IMG/VR virus record: IMGVR_UViG_3300027612_000008
Coordinates: 1 to 48,382 of that record
Length of the DNA stretch: 48,382 bases
Strand: one strand, 5' to 3'
DNA from: a virus
Lineage: Duplodnaviria; Caudoviricetes
Below are positions 18,213 to 26,954 of the stretch, piece after piece. The translations under genes and the position numbers were made by a program. How positions within the stretch are numbered: position 1 is the stretch's first letter; each line of letters begins with the position of its first letter. A model generated the notes under the pieces. That model was not told the DNA's origin. It saw only the letters and a program-made list of their open reading frames with translations, and searched no databases.

Positions 18213-19414
18213 TGAATGTTGTTTTCGGACATTTTGCGCGAATAATCTTCGAACGATTCCAAATCAATTTGATTGATTTGCAACGTGTGAATTTCACCGC
18301 CACGCCCATCAATTGGATTCATGTTTTCGGCCGCGCGAACCTCATTCCGATTGACCACGCCGGCCATCAACATCGTTTGGAAATATTCGGCGCGTGTTTT
18401 CAAATCGCCGCGCGTCAATTCCGCCAAATCATGCCGCGCGTATATTTCCGGGCGTTCGAACGAAAAAATCAATTTTCGGTTAATTTCGGCCTCAATTCGC
18501 CGCACCCATGGAACGATTGTGTGGTTGCGAAACATGATTTGTTGTTGTTCCACGTTGTTATATGTCACGTCCGCATCAACGCCGACCATGGCGGCCGGAA
18601 CGCTGAAAATGGTGCAAATTTCCCGGTTGCCCAATTTGCGCGTTTGGATAAATTGGGCCTCATCGGCTGTGATGGCAATGCGATTGTGACGAACGCCGAA
18701 CGGCAACAAAATTGTTTTTGGTCCACCATTGGTTTCACGCCTCCACAATTCAACCAATTTTTCGCGTTGTTCATTGGTCATTGGCTGGTCTGACGAAATC
18801 ACGCCGGTCAATTGGCCGCCATTCGCAAAATAATTGGCCCCGAAATTTTGCGCGGCCATCGAAACGCCCAAATTTTCCGCATGCAAGCGAATCGGCGATT
18901 TGCGGTGCATGTTGCCGACGACCAACATATTTTCAGGCAAAACGGCACCAAAACCGCGAATTTGATAAAACAATTCCCCATCGGAATTGTGTTTTTCCTC
19001 CACATCATCGCGATGAACCAAACGCAACGCGGTTGGGCGGCCATTTGGTGCGCGTTCAATGTGTGCGTAGGCCAAACCATTGATGACGGCCATTGCAATG
19101 AACGATTCCCAAAATTCGAACGCGGTTTGTTCGGGATTTGGCGTTTCCGAAATCAACAAATTCGTTGGGTGATTTGGCAACGGCGAAACGCGATTTCCAG
19201 TCCGTTCGAAAACGTTTACGCCCAACGATGCGATGGTTGATGCGATGCGATATGTGCATGCATAAACGGCCGCCAATGACATGGCCGTTTGTTCGTTGAC
19301 GTTCACACCGGCGGCGGACATGGGAAAAATTCCCATTTCCGATGCGATGGTGTTTGGATTGAACCAACCAACGCGGGAACGCACCGCATTTGCGATTTTT
19401 TGAATTCGGTTCAT
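18209..19414 (-). CDS. Portal protein, HK97 family
   Basis: AVYAC...IASTIASL, PNPEQTAFEFW, EAQFIQTRK, EICTIFSVP, YNNVEQQ, NEVRAAENMNPIDG. Confidence 0.96.
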   Translation of the reverse strand: MNRIQKIANAVRSRVGWFNPNTIASEMGIFPMSAAGVNVNEQTAMSLAAVYACTYRIASTIASLGVNVFERTGNRVSPLPNHPTNLLISETPNPEQTAFEFWESFIAMAVINGLAYAHIERAPNGRPTALRLVHRDDVEEKHNSDGELFYQIRGFGAVLPENMLVVGNMHRKSPIRLHAENLGVSMAAQNFGANYFANGGQLTGVISSDQPMTNEQREKLVELWRRETNGGPKTILLPFGVRHNRIAITADEAQFIQTRKLGNREICTIFSVPAAMVGVDADVTYNNVEQQQIMFRNHTIVPWVRRIEAEINRKLIFSFERPEIYARHDLAELTRGDLKTRAEYFQTMLMAGVVNRNEVRAAENMNPIDGRGGEIHTLQINQIDLESFEDYSRKMSENNIQ

Positions 19415-19432
19415 GGTGCAATTTAGTCAAAT

Positions 19433-21151
19433 TCACAACGATACAATCGTAAACACGTCATCACCCAATTGTGGTTGCGCCATGCGTTTCATGCGTTCGC
19501 CAATGGCCATGCACAATGCAACGATGGGGTCAATTTTGCCGCCTGATTTTTGTTTGTCCGGCTTAATGTTTCCGGCCGGGTCAACGCGCAATTCCACGTT
19601 TTGCAACGCCCATTTCAAAACCGGGTCACCATCGAATTTCAACCGGCCGGTTCGAATCAAAATTTCCAATTCCTTTGCCGGTGGTGACATGCTGATGAAA
19701 CCTTGACCATATGGAACCACCGGCACACCATCATCGGTCAAATCAATGGCAATTTGCGTGGAATTGTACCGGTCAAACGCCACGCATTTCACATCAAACC
19801 GATTCATCAAACACGATTCATCGAATTCGGGGCCGGTTGGCGTTGCGTAAACGCCGGACAAAATGCGCCGGATTGATTGGTAATCCGTCACATTGCCATC
19901 GGTGATGTGCATGTTCGGCAATGACTGGAATTGGCCGTAAATGTGGCCGGAATCGTTTTGCAATGCCCGGTTGATGGCATCGGACGGCATGAAATAATGG
20001 CCGCGAACGTGCAACGTGTCGCCAATGGGGAACACCAGCATCAACGCCGTCATGTCGGAAACCGATGCAAGGTCCAAACCGGCCCAACATTCCGCGCCCG
20101 TCAAATCCGGCGTTTCGTGGTCAATGCATGCGTCAAAAACCGCCGATTCAATCCAAGTTTTCGACGATTGCACCCACAAATTGCAATGTTTGGTTTTGAA
20201 TTCCGTGATGCGCGAACCGCCCATGTTTCGCGCTTGCTGGTATTGATTGCGCAACAATTTCGTGGAAATGGTTTCGCCCAAACTTGGATTGGCCTTTGCC
20301 CAAACGTTTTCGTCCGTCCAATCATCGGCCGCATCCAATTCGTAAATGATGGCAAATTGGGAATCATCCGTTTTGATTCCATCCAAAATTTGTTTCACCG
20401 ATTTTTGCATTTCGTGGCATGGGCCGCCAATTGAAAACCCGGCTGTGGTGATGGTGACGTGCAATGGATTTTTTCGCGATTGCATGCCCGAACGCAACAC
20501 GTTTGAAACCTCATCGGTGGCGTGTGCATGGTATTCATCGACAATGGCCAAATGTGGGTTTGTGCCGTCCATCGTTTGTTTGTCCGCGCTCAAATAGGTC
20601 AACCGGGCGTTGATTTTTGGAAACAAAATGTCATGTTTGCGCGGTTCCAAATACTTTTTCAACGGCGATTTTGACGTTGCCATTCGGAACGCCTCATTGA
20701 ATCCAATTTTTGCCTGGTCACGTTTGGTGGCGGCAAAATAGATTTCGGCGGCGTGTTCCATGTCCATCACCAAACCGGCCATGGCCATTCCAGCCAACAA
20801 CGTTGTTTTCCCGTTTTTGCGGCCTACGGCCAAATAGGCGTAATTGAACCGCCGGGTTCCATCGTCGCGAAACCAGCCATATAAATTCCACAAAACGAAT
20901 TGTTGCCACGGCAACGGAACAAATGGTTGGTCGGCAAATGCGCCCATGGTATGGCGCAAAAATTTCGTGAAAAAATCCAAGTATGCGCGCGCCACATTTG
21001 GTTTGAAAACCATGCCGCGTTCCTCGCATTCGTCCAAATCGCGCAAATATCGTTCACATGCCAACCGGCAATATTTCCCGGCGACGATTTTGCCCGAAAC
21101 CACGTCCCGCGCGTACTGGTGCGCGACATCGTTTTTCAATTCGTCACCCAT
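19433..21151 (-). CDS. terL: Terminase large subunit
   Basis: Walker A GRKNGKT, Walker B AIVDEYH, ITTAG, GLDLAS, KIDPIVA. Confidence 0.97.
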   Translation of the reverse strand: MGDELKNDVAHQYARDVVSGKIVAGKYCRLACERYLRDLDECEERGMVFKPNVARAYLDFFTKFLRHTMGAFADQPFVPLPWQQFVLWNLYGWFRDDGTRRFNYAYLAVGRKNGKTTLLAGMAMAGLVMDMEHAAEIYFAATKRDQAKIGFNEAFRMATSKSPLKKYLEPRKHDILFPKINARLTYLSADKQTMDGTNPHLAIVDEYHAHATDEVSNVLRSGMQSRKNPLHVTITTAGFSIGGPCHEMQKSVKQILDGIKTDDSQFAIIYELDAADDWTDENVWAKANPSLGETISTKLLRNQYQQARNMGGSRITEFKTKHCNLWVQSSKTWIESAVFDACIDHETPDLTGAECWAGLDLASVSDMTALMLVFPIGDTLHVRGHYFMPSDAINRALQNDSGHIYGQFQSLPNMHITDGNVTDYQSIRRILSGVYATPTGPEFDESCLMNRFDVKCVAFDRYNSTQIAIDLTDDGVPVVPYGQGFISMSPPAKELEILIRTGRLKFDGDPVLKWALQNVELRVDPAGNIKPDKQKSGGKIDPIVALCMAIGERMKRMAQPQLGDDVFTIVSL

Positions 21152-21476
21152 CGCGGCGCGTCAACAATTCCGTCAATTCATCCGTTTCATCCGTTCCGGC
21201 AATTTTGCGTTCAATGTATTGTACCAATGCTTGTTTGCGTAAACGCGTTTCCTTCAATTGTTGCCATTCCGGCCATGCGCGCGAATAAGTATCGCCGGAT
21301 TTGCCGCGAACCTGATATGTCGTGCCGTTTTTGTTCACGAACGTTTGTAGGTCCGTTTCTTCGATGATGACGCATGCCAACGTTGAAATCAATTCCCGAA
21401 CGCCCGGCGTGATTTCGGTGCGCGATTCGTAATTGTTCAACAATTCGGTCGTCATCCGTTTTTGTTTTGCATTCAT
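21144..21476 (-). CDS. terS: Terminase small subunit (P27-like)
   Basis: Immediately upstream of and overlapping terL; size and NGTTYQ...PEWQQL pattern. Confidence 0.8.
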   Translation of the reverse strand: MNAKQKRMTTELLNNYESRTEITPGVRELISTLACVIIEETDLQTFVNKNGTTYQVRGKSGDTYSRAWPEWQQLKETRLRKQALVQYIERKIAGTDETDELTELLTRRDG

Positions 21477-21540
21477 GATTGTTTTATTTCAATACTAAAT
21501 GGCCCCCATTGGCCGGTTCCCCTTTTAGTCCGGGTCAACA

Positions 21541-21571
21541 TTTGTTCGCCCCCCTAAACGGCGGCGATGGA
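21541..21571. other. Putative cos packaging site
   Basis: Between HNH and terS; ATCGCCGCCGTTT (minus) conserved in both copies amid divergent flanks; GCCGCC core recalls HK97-type 3' cos. Confidence 0.55.
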
Positions 21572-21609
21572 GGGGCCGGACCAATCGGTTTTTCGGACCC
21601 CGTACCCGG

Positions 21610-21936
21610 TCAAGGTTTGTTGTTGAATTCGGATTGATATTGGATGCGTTCCAACGCTGATTTGCGGTTGTGGCATGATGTGCAAAGCGATTGCCAATTG
21701 GACGAATCCCAAAATTCACCACCAGCGCGAACGGGCGTAATGTGGTCAACAACGTTGGCCCATTCACCGCAATGATTGCATGTCGGATGTTTTCGTTTGA
21801 ATCCATCACGCGCACGTTTCCACGCATTGGTGAAATATCGTTTGTCTTGTGGCGTAGGCCGTTCGGATTTGCCATGGGATGACCATGGATTTGGCGTGGC
21901 TTTGCGATTGATTGATGGCATGGTTGATTGATTCAT
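21610..21936 (-). CDS. HNH endonuclease (HK97 gp74-like terminase cofactor)
   Basis: CNHC...VVDHITP...GG...NWQSLCTSCHNRK; likely start 21921. Confidence 0.92.
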   Translation of the reverse strand: MNQSTMPSINRKATPNPWSSHGKSERPTPQDKRYFTNAWKRARDGFKRKHPTCNHCGEWANVVDHITPVRAGGEFWDSSNWQSLCTSCHNRKSALERIQYQSEFNNKP

Positions 21937-22211
21937 GTGTGATTGATACGGCCCAAAACATCATCATGAACGGCACCCAACCATTTCATTTGTTCGAACG
22001 TCATTGGCTTTGTGTCCACGACCATCACACCGAAATGATTGCGCGCGGTTTCCGTGCGCGCAACCTCGATGAATTCAATGATGTTCATGGCAATTTGTTT
22101 GCGTTCGGCTTCGCTGAATTCATCACCACGCCGAATTTCCGCCACGCGGGAAAATGGTTTTTCGTAGTTCGGCAATGCCTCAATCGGTTTGCGTTTCGCT
22201 TGTTTCATCAT
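21933..22211 (-). CDS. Hypothetical protein (92 aa)
   Basis: Homolog at 45596-45877. Confidence 0.75.
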   Translation of the reverse strand: MMKQAKRKPIEALPNYEKPFSRVAEIRRGDEFSEAERKQIAMNIIEFIEVARTETARNHFGVMVVDTKPMTFEQMKWLGAVHDDVLGRINHT

Positions 22212-22845
22212 TGAATGGTTTGGTGATTTGCAACATTTCCGATTCGGTCAATTGAATTGAACCGCCCATTTCCGAAATGGTTTTTTTGGGCCGTGGCAAA
22301 TCCAATGATTTCACAAAATCGGAAAATCGTTTGACATCTTCGGGTGATGGTCCATCACTGGTGCGCGTTTTCAAATCGTGATGGGCGCGTTCATGATGTT
22401 GATTTTCGCGAAACGTGATGGTGTATTGTTCCTCATAATTGCGCAACGCGCCAATCAATGACGGCGTGTCAAATCGGCCAAACAACGTGATTTCGCCGCG
22501 CCGAATCATTTGCATAACGCGCGCGAATTCCTCGATTTTTAAGGTTGGGAACATGTCCACAACATCATCAATCGCCGATTGCAAATCGTCCTGATTTTGC
22601 CACGAACGCGAATCAGGCAAACGAACGGCGCGCCATGTGCGCACCAGTTCCGCCAACAAAATCATTTTTGTTGCCACGCGGTTGATTGACAATCCCGCCG
22701 TGATGGGCAAACCGGCATCAAATATGTTTTTTTCCGATTGGTTTGCAATGATGTCCGAAATGCCCGTTTTCAGGATTTCCAAATGGCGCGTTTGGCGTTC
22801 CCGCCGTGCGGCAATGATTTCATTTCGTGGCCCATTCGATGGCAT
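22180..22845 (-). CDS. Replication-associated protein (helicase loader position; DUF6633-like)
   Basis: Follows rep; FPTLKIEEF...RRGEITLFGRFD motif; start uncertain. Confidence 0.55.
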   Translation of the reverse strand: MPSNGPRNEIIAARRERQTRHLEILKTGISDIIANQSEKNIFDAGLPITAGLSINRVATKMILLAELVRTWRAVRLPDSRSWQNQDDLQSAIDDVVDMFPTLKIEEFARVMQMIRRGEITLFGRFDTPSLIGALRNYEEQYTITFRENQHHERAHHDLKTRTSDGPSPEDVKRFSDFVKSLDLPRPKKTISEMGGSIQLTESEMLQITKPFNDETSETQTD

Positions 22846-23557
22846 TGTTTGCGTCAAATGGTTTGTTTTTGTCGATGGTTGCATGTGGTGTGTTTTGATT
22901 GTTTCGGCGCACCCAATTTCGCGCCGTTGATTTCCAACAAACGATTTTTCCCGTTCGGCGTTTCCAACCAACGGATGACCAGTAATCCCAAAACGATTCC
23001 CAATCGTTCGAATTCAATTCGGTGAAATATTCCCGGCATTCATCAATCGACGATGGTTTTTGGCCTGACGATGACGATTTTTTTGTGACGGAATTGTTGA
23101 CAACCAAATTTTTTTCGTCCGGATTTGAATTTTGTTCTGAATTATGTTCTATACTATTATCTATGTGCGCGGTTTTCCGCTCATCAGGTGCGCGGAATTC
23201 CGCGTGGCTGGTGCGCGGTTTTCCGCTCATCAGGTGCGCGGCCGATTGCATACGCGCGGAATTCCGCACATGTTCCGGAACGTCAAAATTGGTGGTTGTT
23301 CGCAACATCCGGCGGTGGCCATTGTAGGCCGCGATTTCGACCAATTCCAAATCAATCAAACGTTGAATCATCGCGGACGTTTGACGGCGTTTGCGATGGA
23401 TGCGTTCGGCGATTTGGTCAACGGATAACCAGCACGTCCCGCCGTTGTGCGAAAACGCGTGGATGATGCCCCAAACGGCCCGGTGCGGCCAATCAATTTC
23501 CGGGATGCGCTGGATTGATTCCGGAATGATGATAAATGTTTTGGTGAAATCATCCAT
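22820..23557 (-). CDS. Phage replication initiator (N-terminal wHTH, internal iterons)
   Basis: CWLSVDQIAERI...MIQRLIDLELVE wHTH; C-terminal FWDYWSSVGWK...WKSTARNW; central direct repeats. Confidence 0.8.
   Translation of the reverse strand: MDDFTKTFIIIPESIQRIPEIDWPHRAVWGIIHAFSHNGGTCWLSVDQIAERIHRKRRQTSAMIQRLIDLELVEIAAYNGHRRMLRTTTNFDVPEHVRNSARMQSAAHLMSGKPRTSHAEFRAPDERKTAHIDNSIEHNSEQNSNPDEKNLVVNNSVTKKSSSSGQKPSSIDECREYFTELNSNDWESFWDYWSSVGWKRRTGKIVCWKSTARNWVRRNNQNTPHATIDKNKPFDANNAIEWATK
23105..23270. promoter_or_regulatory. Putative replication origin (iterons plus AT-rich tract)
   Basis: Five ~22-23 bp spaced GCGCGG(TTTT/AATT)CCGC-type units (one degenerate) next to an AT-rich segment, inside rep as in lambda O. 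Confidence 0.75.
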
Positions 23558-23560
23558 GAA

Positions 23561-23794
23561 TCAATTTTGACCGATGGTTTCGGTTTGTTCCATGATGGCC
23601 GATGCCAAATCGGCAATGAATTGTTTTCGTTCCTTCGGTGATTTGCCTTCGGACATGAAAAACGCATGGCGCATCAAATACGTTGGTTCCCGTTTCATCC
23701 ATCGCGAAATCGTGTGTTCGGCAACGCCCAATTTTTCGGCCAACGATTTTTGCGAACCATAGTGTTCGACGACGAATTTGTGCAATGGTGTCAT
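23561..23794 (-). CDS. Cro-like HTH regulator (copy 2)
   Basis: 16 of 77 residues differ from 161-394; HTH core conserved. Confidence 0.75.
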   Translation of the reverse strand: MTPLHKFVVEHYGSQKSLAEKLGVAEHTISRWMKREPTYLMRHAFFMSEGKSPKERKQFIADLASAIMEQTETIGQN

Positions 23795-24081
23795 GACGTT
23801 TGAATTTCGAATTCGGTGCGCAACAAATCACACCGGATGTTCAATTTGACGATTTCGTTTTTGCTGAAATAATGAAAAATGGTGTTCCATTTCGTTATCA
23901 ATTCCAAACGTTCGGTTTCCGCCATGGCCGAAACGGATGTGTTCAATTCAACCGCGTTTTGGGCTTGACCAATGCGTTTGGCCAACGCATCCAATTCGGT
24001 TCGCCGCTGGTATTGTTCCAAAACCAATTTGGCCAATTGCCGCCGTTGGCGTTTTTTCCGTTCAATCAATGATTCGGTCAT
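23791..24081 (-). CDS. Hypothetical coiled-coil protein (96 aa, divergent)
   Basis: Shares AQNAV.LNTSVS and EF.IQTS with 391-684. Confidence 0.75.
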   Translation of the reverse strand: MTESLIERKKRQRRQLAKLVLEQYQRRTELDALAKRIGQAQNAVELNTSVSAMAETERLELITKWNTIFHYFSKNEIVKLNIRCDLLRTEFEIQTS

Positions 24082-24524
24082 GGCGCAACAATTTCAACGG
24101 ATGGCGGAAAACCGGCGTGACGCTGTGGCGCATATTTCCAACGCACAATCACAATCAAACCCCACAACCAACGTTTTTCAATCATTTCGATTGGAATGCG
24201 TTTGGGCAAAATCGGGTTCCCGGTGATGTTTGATTTCGCCGTGGATTCGTCCCGTGGCGGCAAATCGTCCTTTGTTCCTACGGCAACCATTTCACCATTT
24301 TCACCGGGCAAAACCGGCCCGGTTTCACGCGCCAATTCATCGTTGATGGTGTCCGCCGTTGGCCGCAATCCCAAATGGTAAATTCGCCAATTTATCGTTC
24401 CGGGCGTTCGGCCCAAAAATGCGGCAATGTCATTGATTGAAACGCCGTGTTCGAACATCATGTTCAATTTGGCATCGTCGGATTCATTCCAACGTTTGTT
24501 GTGATTCGCTGGTTTGGTGTTCAT
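24078..24524 (-). CDS. Myb/GcrA-like HTH protein (copy 2)
   Basis: Homolog of 681-1148; alternative GTG start at 24560. Confidence 0.65.
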   Translation of the reverse strand: MNTKPANHNKRWNESDDAKLNMMFEHGVSINDIAAFLGRTPGTINWRIYHLGLRPTADTINDELARETGPVLPGENGEMVAVGTKDDLPPRDESTAKSNITGNPILPKRIPIEMIEKRWLWGLIVIVRWKYAPQRHAGFPPSVEIVAP

Positions 24525-24556
24525 CGTGATTTTGTTGTGTGTTGCTGGTTTGGTGT

Positions 24557-25000
24557 TCACGGAAATTTCGATTTGTGGTGAACCTTCAATTCGTGTTGAA
24601 GGTCCATCAATTGTTTTGCCGTGTCGCGAATGCTTGCAATGTCTTTGTTCGGCTGTGGCCACATCATCGCGTGGTCGATGGCCCACGATGCAATCATTGA
24701 TGAATCCCGGTCATTTGTTTTGGTCATGAAATTCGTGTTCGGGGCCATGCCTGATTTTGGGCCGGCGTTTTCAAATTCAGGTTTGCGAACTGAAATTTTC
24801 ATGACACCATCGTGAACGCCGTTGTTTTGCACCACCACATCGGAACCGATTTGGTACCATGGCGATTCATTTTTGGCGTTCGCTTGACCAATTGAACCAT
24901 CGTCAAAGGTCAATTCGAAAACGTGCATCATCGCGCCGGATGAATGTTGCCAATTGTTTTCCGGGCGATACGACATCGCCGTGATTTTTTTTGTGGTCAT
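24557..25000 (-). CDS. Conserved early protein, possibly ssDNA-binding (copy 2, divergent)
   Basis: FELTFDDGSIGQANAKNESPWY; start reassigned to MTTKKI. Confidence 0.55.
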   Translation of the reverse strand: MTTKKITAMSYRPENNWQHSSGAMMHVFELTFDDGSIGQANAKNESPWYQIGSDVVVQNNGVHDGVMKISVRKPEFENAGPKSGMAPNTNFMTKTNDRDSSMIASWAIDHAMMWPQPNKDIASIRDTAKQLMDLQHELKVHHKSKFP

Positions 25001-25311
25001 CACTTTGTGATTTGAATGAATGTCAAAATTTGCCACGGAAATCGTGGATGGTGGCGATTGGTCCAAATGTTTTTGAAGGAACGCAACCGCGATGCAAAAC
25101 GTTTGATTTCGCCGGTGCGTTTGTCAACCAAACAAACGTAAAACCGGAAACCATCGGCGGCCATGGTTTCCCATGATTCGGAAACGTTGGCGGGAATCAT
25201 TGCAAACGGCATGGCACCGGCCATTGTTGGCAACGGCGGAATCGTAGGCCGTTTACGTTGCGTTTCCAACGCCCAATCATCCCAATGTGAATGTTCGAAA
25301 TAATGGTTCAT
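25000..25311 (-). CDS. Hypothetical protein (103 aa, MNHYFEH; only in copy 2)
   Basis: ATGA overlap with gene Z stop, TGATG overlap with the next gene. Confidence 0.65.
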   Translation of the reverse strand: MNHYFEHSHWDDWALETQRKRPTIPPLPTMAGAMPFAMIPANVSESWETMAADGFRFYVCLVDKRTGEIKRFASRLRSFKNIWTNRHHPRFPWQILTFIQITK

Positions 25312-25508
25312 CGCGGAATCAGTGACGCGGAAAAACGGGCCATCACGGCCGCGAAATCGTTTTGACGTGGTTTCGGTTCGCGGCGTTCGCCAAACGGCGT
25401 GAATCGTTCGCGAATGGCCACCGGGCAATTGCCATGAATGGTTGCATACCATTCGTAAAAATCCCGGCATGGATTCGTCGGAAATGACGTGGATTTGATG
25501 TGTGCCAT
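25308..25508 (-). CDS. Cassette gene Z (66 aa)
   Basis: Homolog of 1573-1800. Confidence 0.7.
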   Translation of the reverse strand: MAHIKSTSFPTNPCRDFYEWYATIHGNCPVAIRERFTPFGERREPKPRQNDFAAVMARFSASLIPR

Positions 25509-25547
25509 GTGTGGTGATGGTTATATGAAATCTTCAATTGGAACATA

Positions 25548-25643
25548 TTAGTCGCCGTCCCACACATATTGACCACTGGGTGATTGATTTGATATAACGT
25601 GCGGTGTGCCGTCCGAGGTTGGATTTGAATAACCTTGTGACAT
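25548..25643 (-). CDS. Cassette micro-ORF, 31 aa (MSQGYSNPTSDGTPHVISNQSPSGQYVWDGD)
   Basis: Hand-translated; follows the standard leader; frame continues YVPIEDFI-TAA to 25521 after an internal TAA. Confidence 0.5.
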   Translation of the reverse strand: MSQGYSNPTSDGTPHVISNQSPSGQYVWDGD

Positions 25644-25663
25644 GGTGATGTGTGTTGTTTAAT

Positions 25664-25710
25664 GATGCCGCCCGGCAAATCCGGGCGGCGTTGGTTGTGC
25701 TGGTGAATTA
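25664..25710. repeat. Cassette junction repeat with GC hairpin
   Basis: GATGCCGCCCGG-CAAAT-CCGGGCGGCGTT...CTGGTGAATTA. Confidence 0.85.
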
Positions 25711-25950
25711 GATGGCAACGAATTTGATGGATTCGATGCGAATGCCTTTGGCGATGGCTTGTGCGCGCCATTGCTTCGCGTAATCTTTGGCGCGGCCGCC
25801 CGGAAACGCGGTGCGGCCTTTGTATTCCAAACGGATGTTTTCGGACCGGTGCGTTTCGCCGAAAATGTCGCGTTCAAAGGTCAATTCGACGGCGTAAAAT
25901 TTGGCGGTCAACGTGGCGTTGAAATCGGTGGTGGTGGTTGCGGTGTTCAT
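25708..25950 (-). CDS. Cassette gene W, copy 2 of 3
   Basis: Protein identical to 8692-8934. Confidence 0.8.
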   Translation of the reverse strand: MNTATTTTDFNATLTAKFYAVELTFERDIFGETHRSENIRLEYKGRTAFPGGRAKDYAKQWRAQAIAKGIRIESIKFVAI

Positions 25951-25974
25951 CGTGGTGTTGTGTTGTGCGTTGTT

Positions 25975-26036
25975 CATGGTGTAAATGTACACAAAGATTC
26001 ATTCGATGCAACATTTTGATGAATTTTTTTTTTCAT
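25975..26036 (-). promoter_or_regulatory. Repeated early-type promoter, copy 4 of 6
   Basis: Same motif, TTG-N19-TACATTTA. Confidence 0.75.
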
Positions 26037-26053
26037 TCGCTTCGGTTGGGCGG

Positions 26054-26086
26054 AAAAAAACCGGTGACCACCACGGCCACCGGTTA
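26054..26086 (-). terminator. Rho-independent terminator after lysis module
   Basis: Same hairpin and T-run as 2739-2772. Confidence 0.8.
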
Positions 26087-26131
26087 CCAAACACACAACA
26101 ACGTGTTCACCAAAACACGTTGCAAATATCG

Positions 26132-26362
26132 TCAATCACTTTCGAACATGGACAACGAAATTGGGATGATTGCAATGGCACACATCGCAACGGCCGGCCA
26201 CGTCATGCCATTTTCCACGATGTCCGCACATGCTGTGGTTGCAATCAAACCACCAATGGTTCGTTTCGCGGACCAACGTTGCAAATCACCCTTTGTTTTG
26301 AATGCTTGTGAAACGTCCAAATTGGCGGCCATCTTCGCAAACCATCCCGGCAACGCCATCAC
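26132..26362 (-). CDS. Two-TM holin-like protein (copy 2)
   Basis: Homolog of 2818-3048. Confidence 0.6.
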   Translation of the reverse strand: MMALPGWFAKMAANLDVSQAFKTKGDLQRWSAKRTIGGLIATTACADIVENGMTWPAVAMCAIAIIPISLSMFESD

Positions 26363-26535
26363 AAATTGTTTTGCCGCGATTTGCGATTGTCGCCCGTTAT
26401 CGCGGTAATGATTCGGTCAATGTATTCAAACACGCCATGTGCCGGTGATTCCGTAGGCAACAAATTGACAATCACTTTTGCGAATGCCAATGCGGCCAAC
26501 ATCAGTTCGGCCCAATTTTCAATGATGAATTCCAT
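26359..26535 (-). CDS. Small membrane protein (copy 2)
   Basis: Homolog of 3045-3221. Confidence 0.6.
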   Translation of the reverse strand: MEFIIENWAELMLAALAFAKVIVNLLPTESPAHGVFEYIDRIITAITGDNRKSRQNNL

Positions 26536-26540
26536 GTGGT

Positions 26541-26954
26541 TCAAATTAGCCATGAATATTTTTTGCGAACGTCAAACGATGGACATGCCTTGTTTGCAAA
26601 TTCGTTGTGGCCATGCAAGGTCAACGGCCCAAAAACAACGCGCAACGAATTCACCAATTGAATCATTGTCATTTCCTGATTTGATGTCATCGTATCGCAT
26701 GGTTTATCGTCCCGCAAACCGCCAATGTAACAAATCCCAATCGAACCGGTATTTTGTCCGGCTACATGCGCGCCAATGTCACCAACGGGACGGCCAAATT
26801 CCAACGTGCCATCGCGTTTGATGACGTAATGATACCCGATGCGCGACCATCCACGGCGGCGGTGCCACGAATCAATCATGGCCGCGTCAATTTCCAAATG
26901 GTCGTTGGTGGCCGAACAATGCAATATGATTTTGTCAATTGGGCGCATGTTCAA
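26541..26954 (-). CDS. Endolysin, Amidase_2 (copy 2)
   Basis: IILHCSAT, IGYHYVI, GAHVAGQN, GHNEFANKACPSF. Confidence 0.93.
   Translation of the reverse strand: MNMRPIDKIILHCSATNDHLEIDAAMIDSWHRRRGWSRIGYHYVIKRDGTLEFGRPVGDIGAHVAGQNTGSIGICYIGGLRDDKPCDTMTSNQEMTMIQLVNSLRVVFGPLTLHGHNEFANKACPSFDVRKKYSWLI

Larger units (their letters stand above)
1..21560 (-). mobile_element. Phage genome copy 1 (partial; TerS through early genes and start of rep)
   Basis: Complete head/tail/lysis gene set, colinear with 23401-45225 but not identical. Confidence 0.9.

Noticed and set aside
21610-21936. HNH gene as a mobile homing endonuclease
   Set aside because: Its size, motif and position next to cos and terS fit the HK97 gp74-type packaging cofactor.
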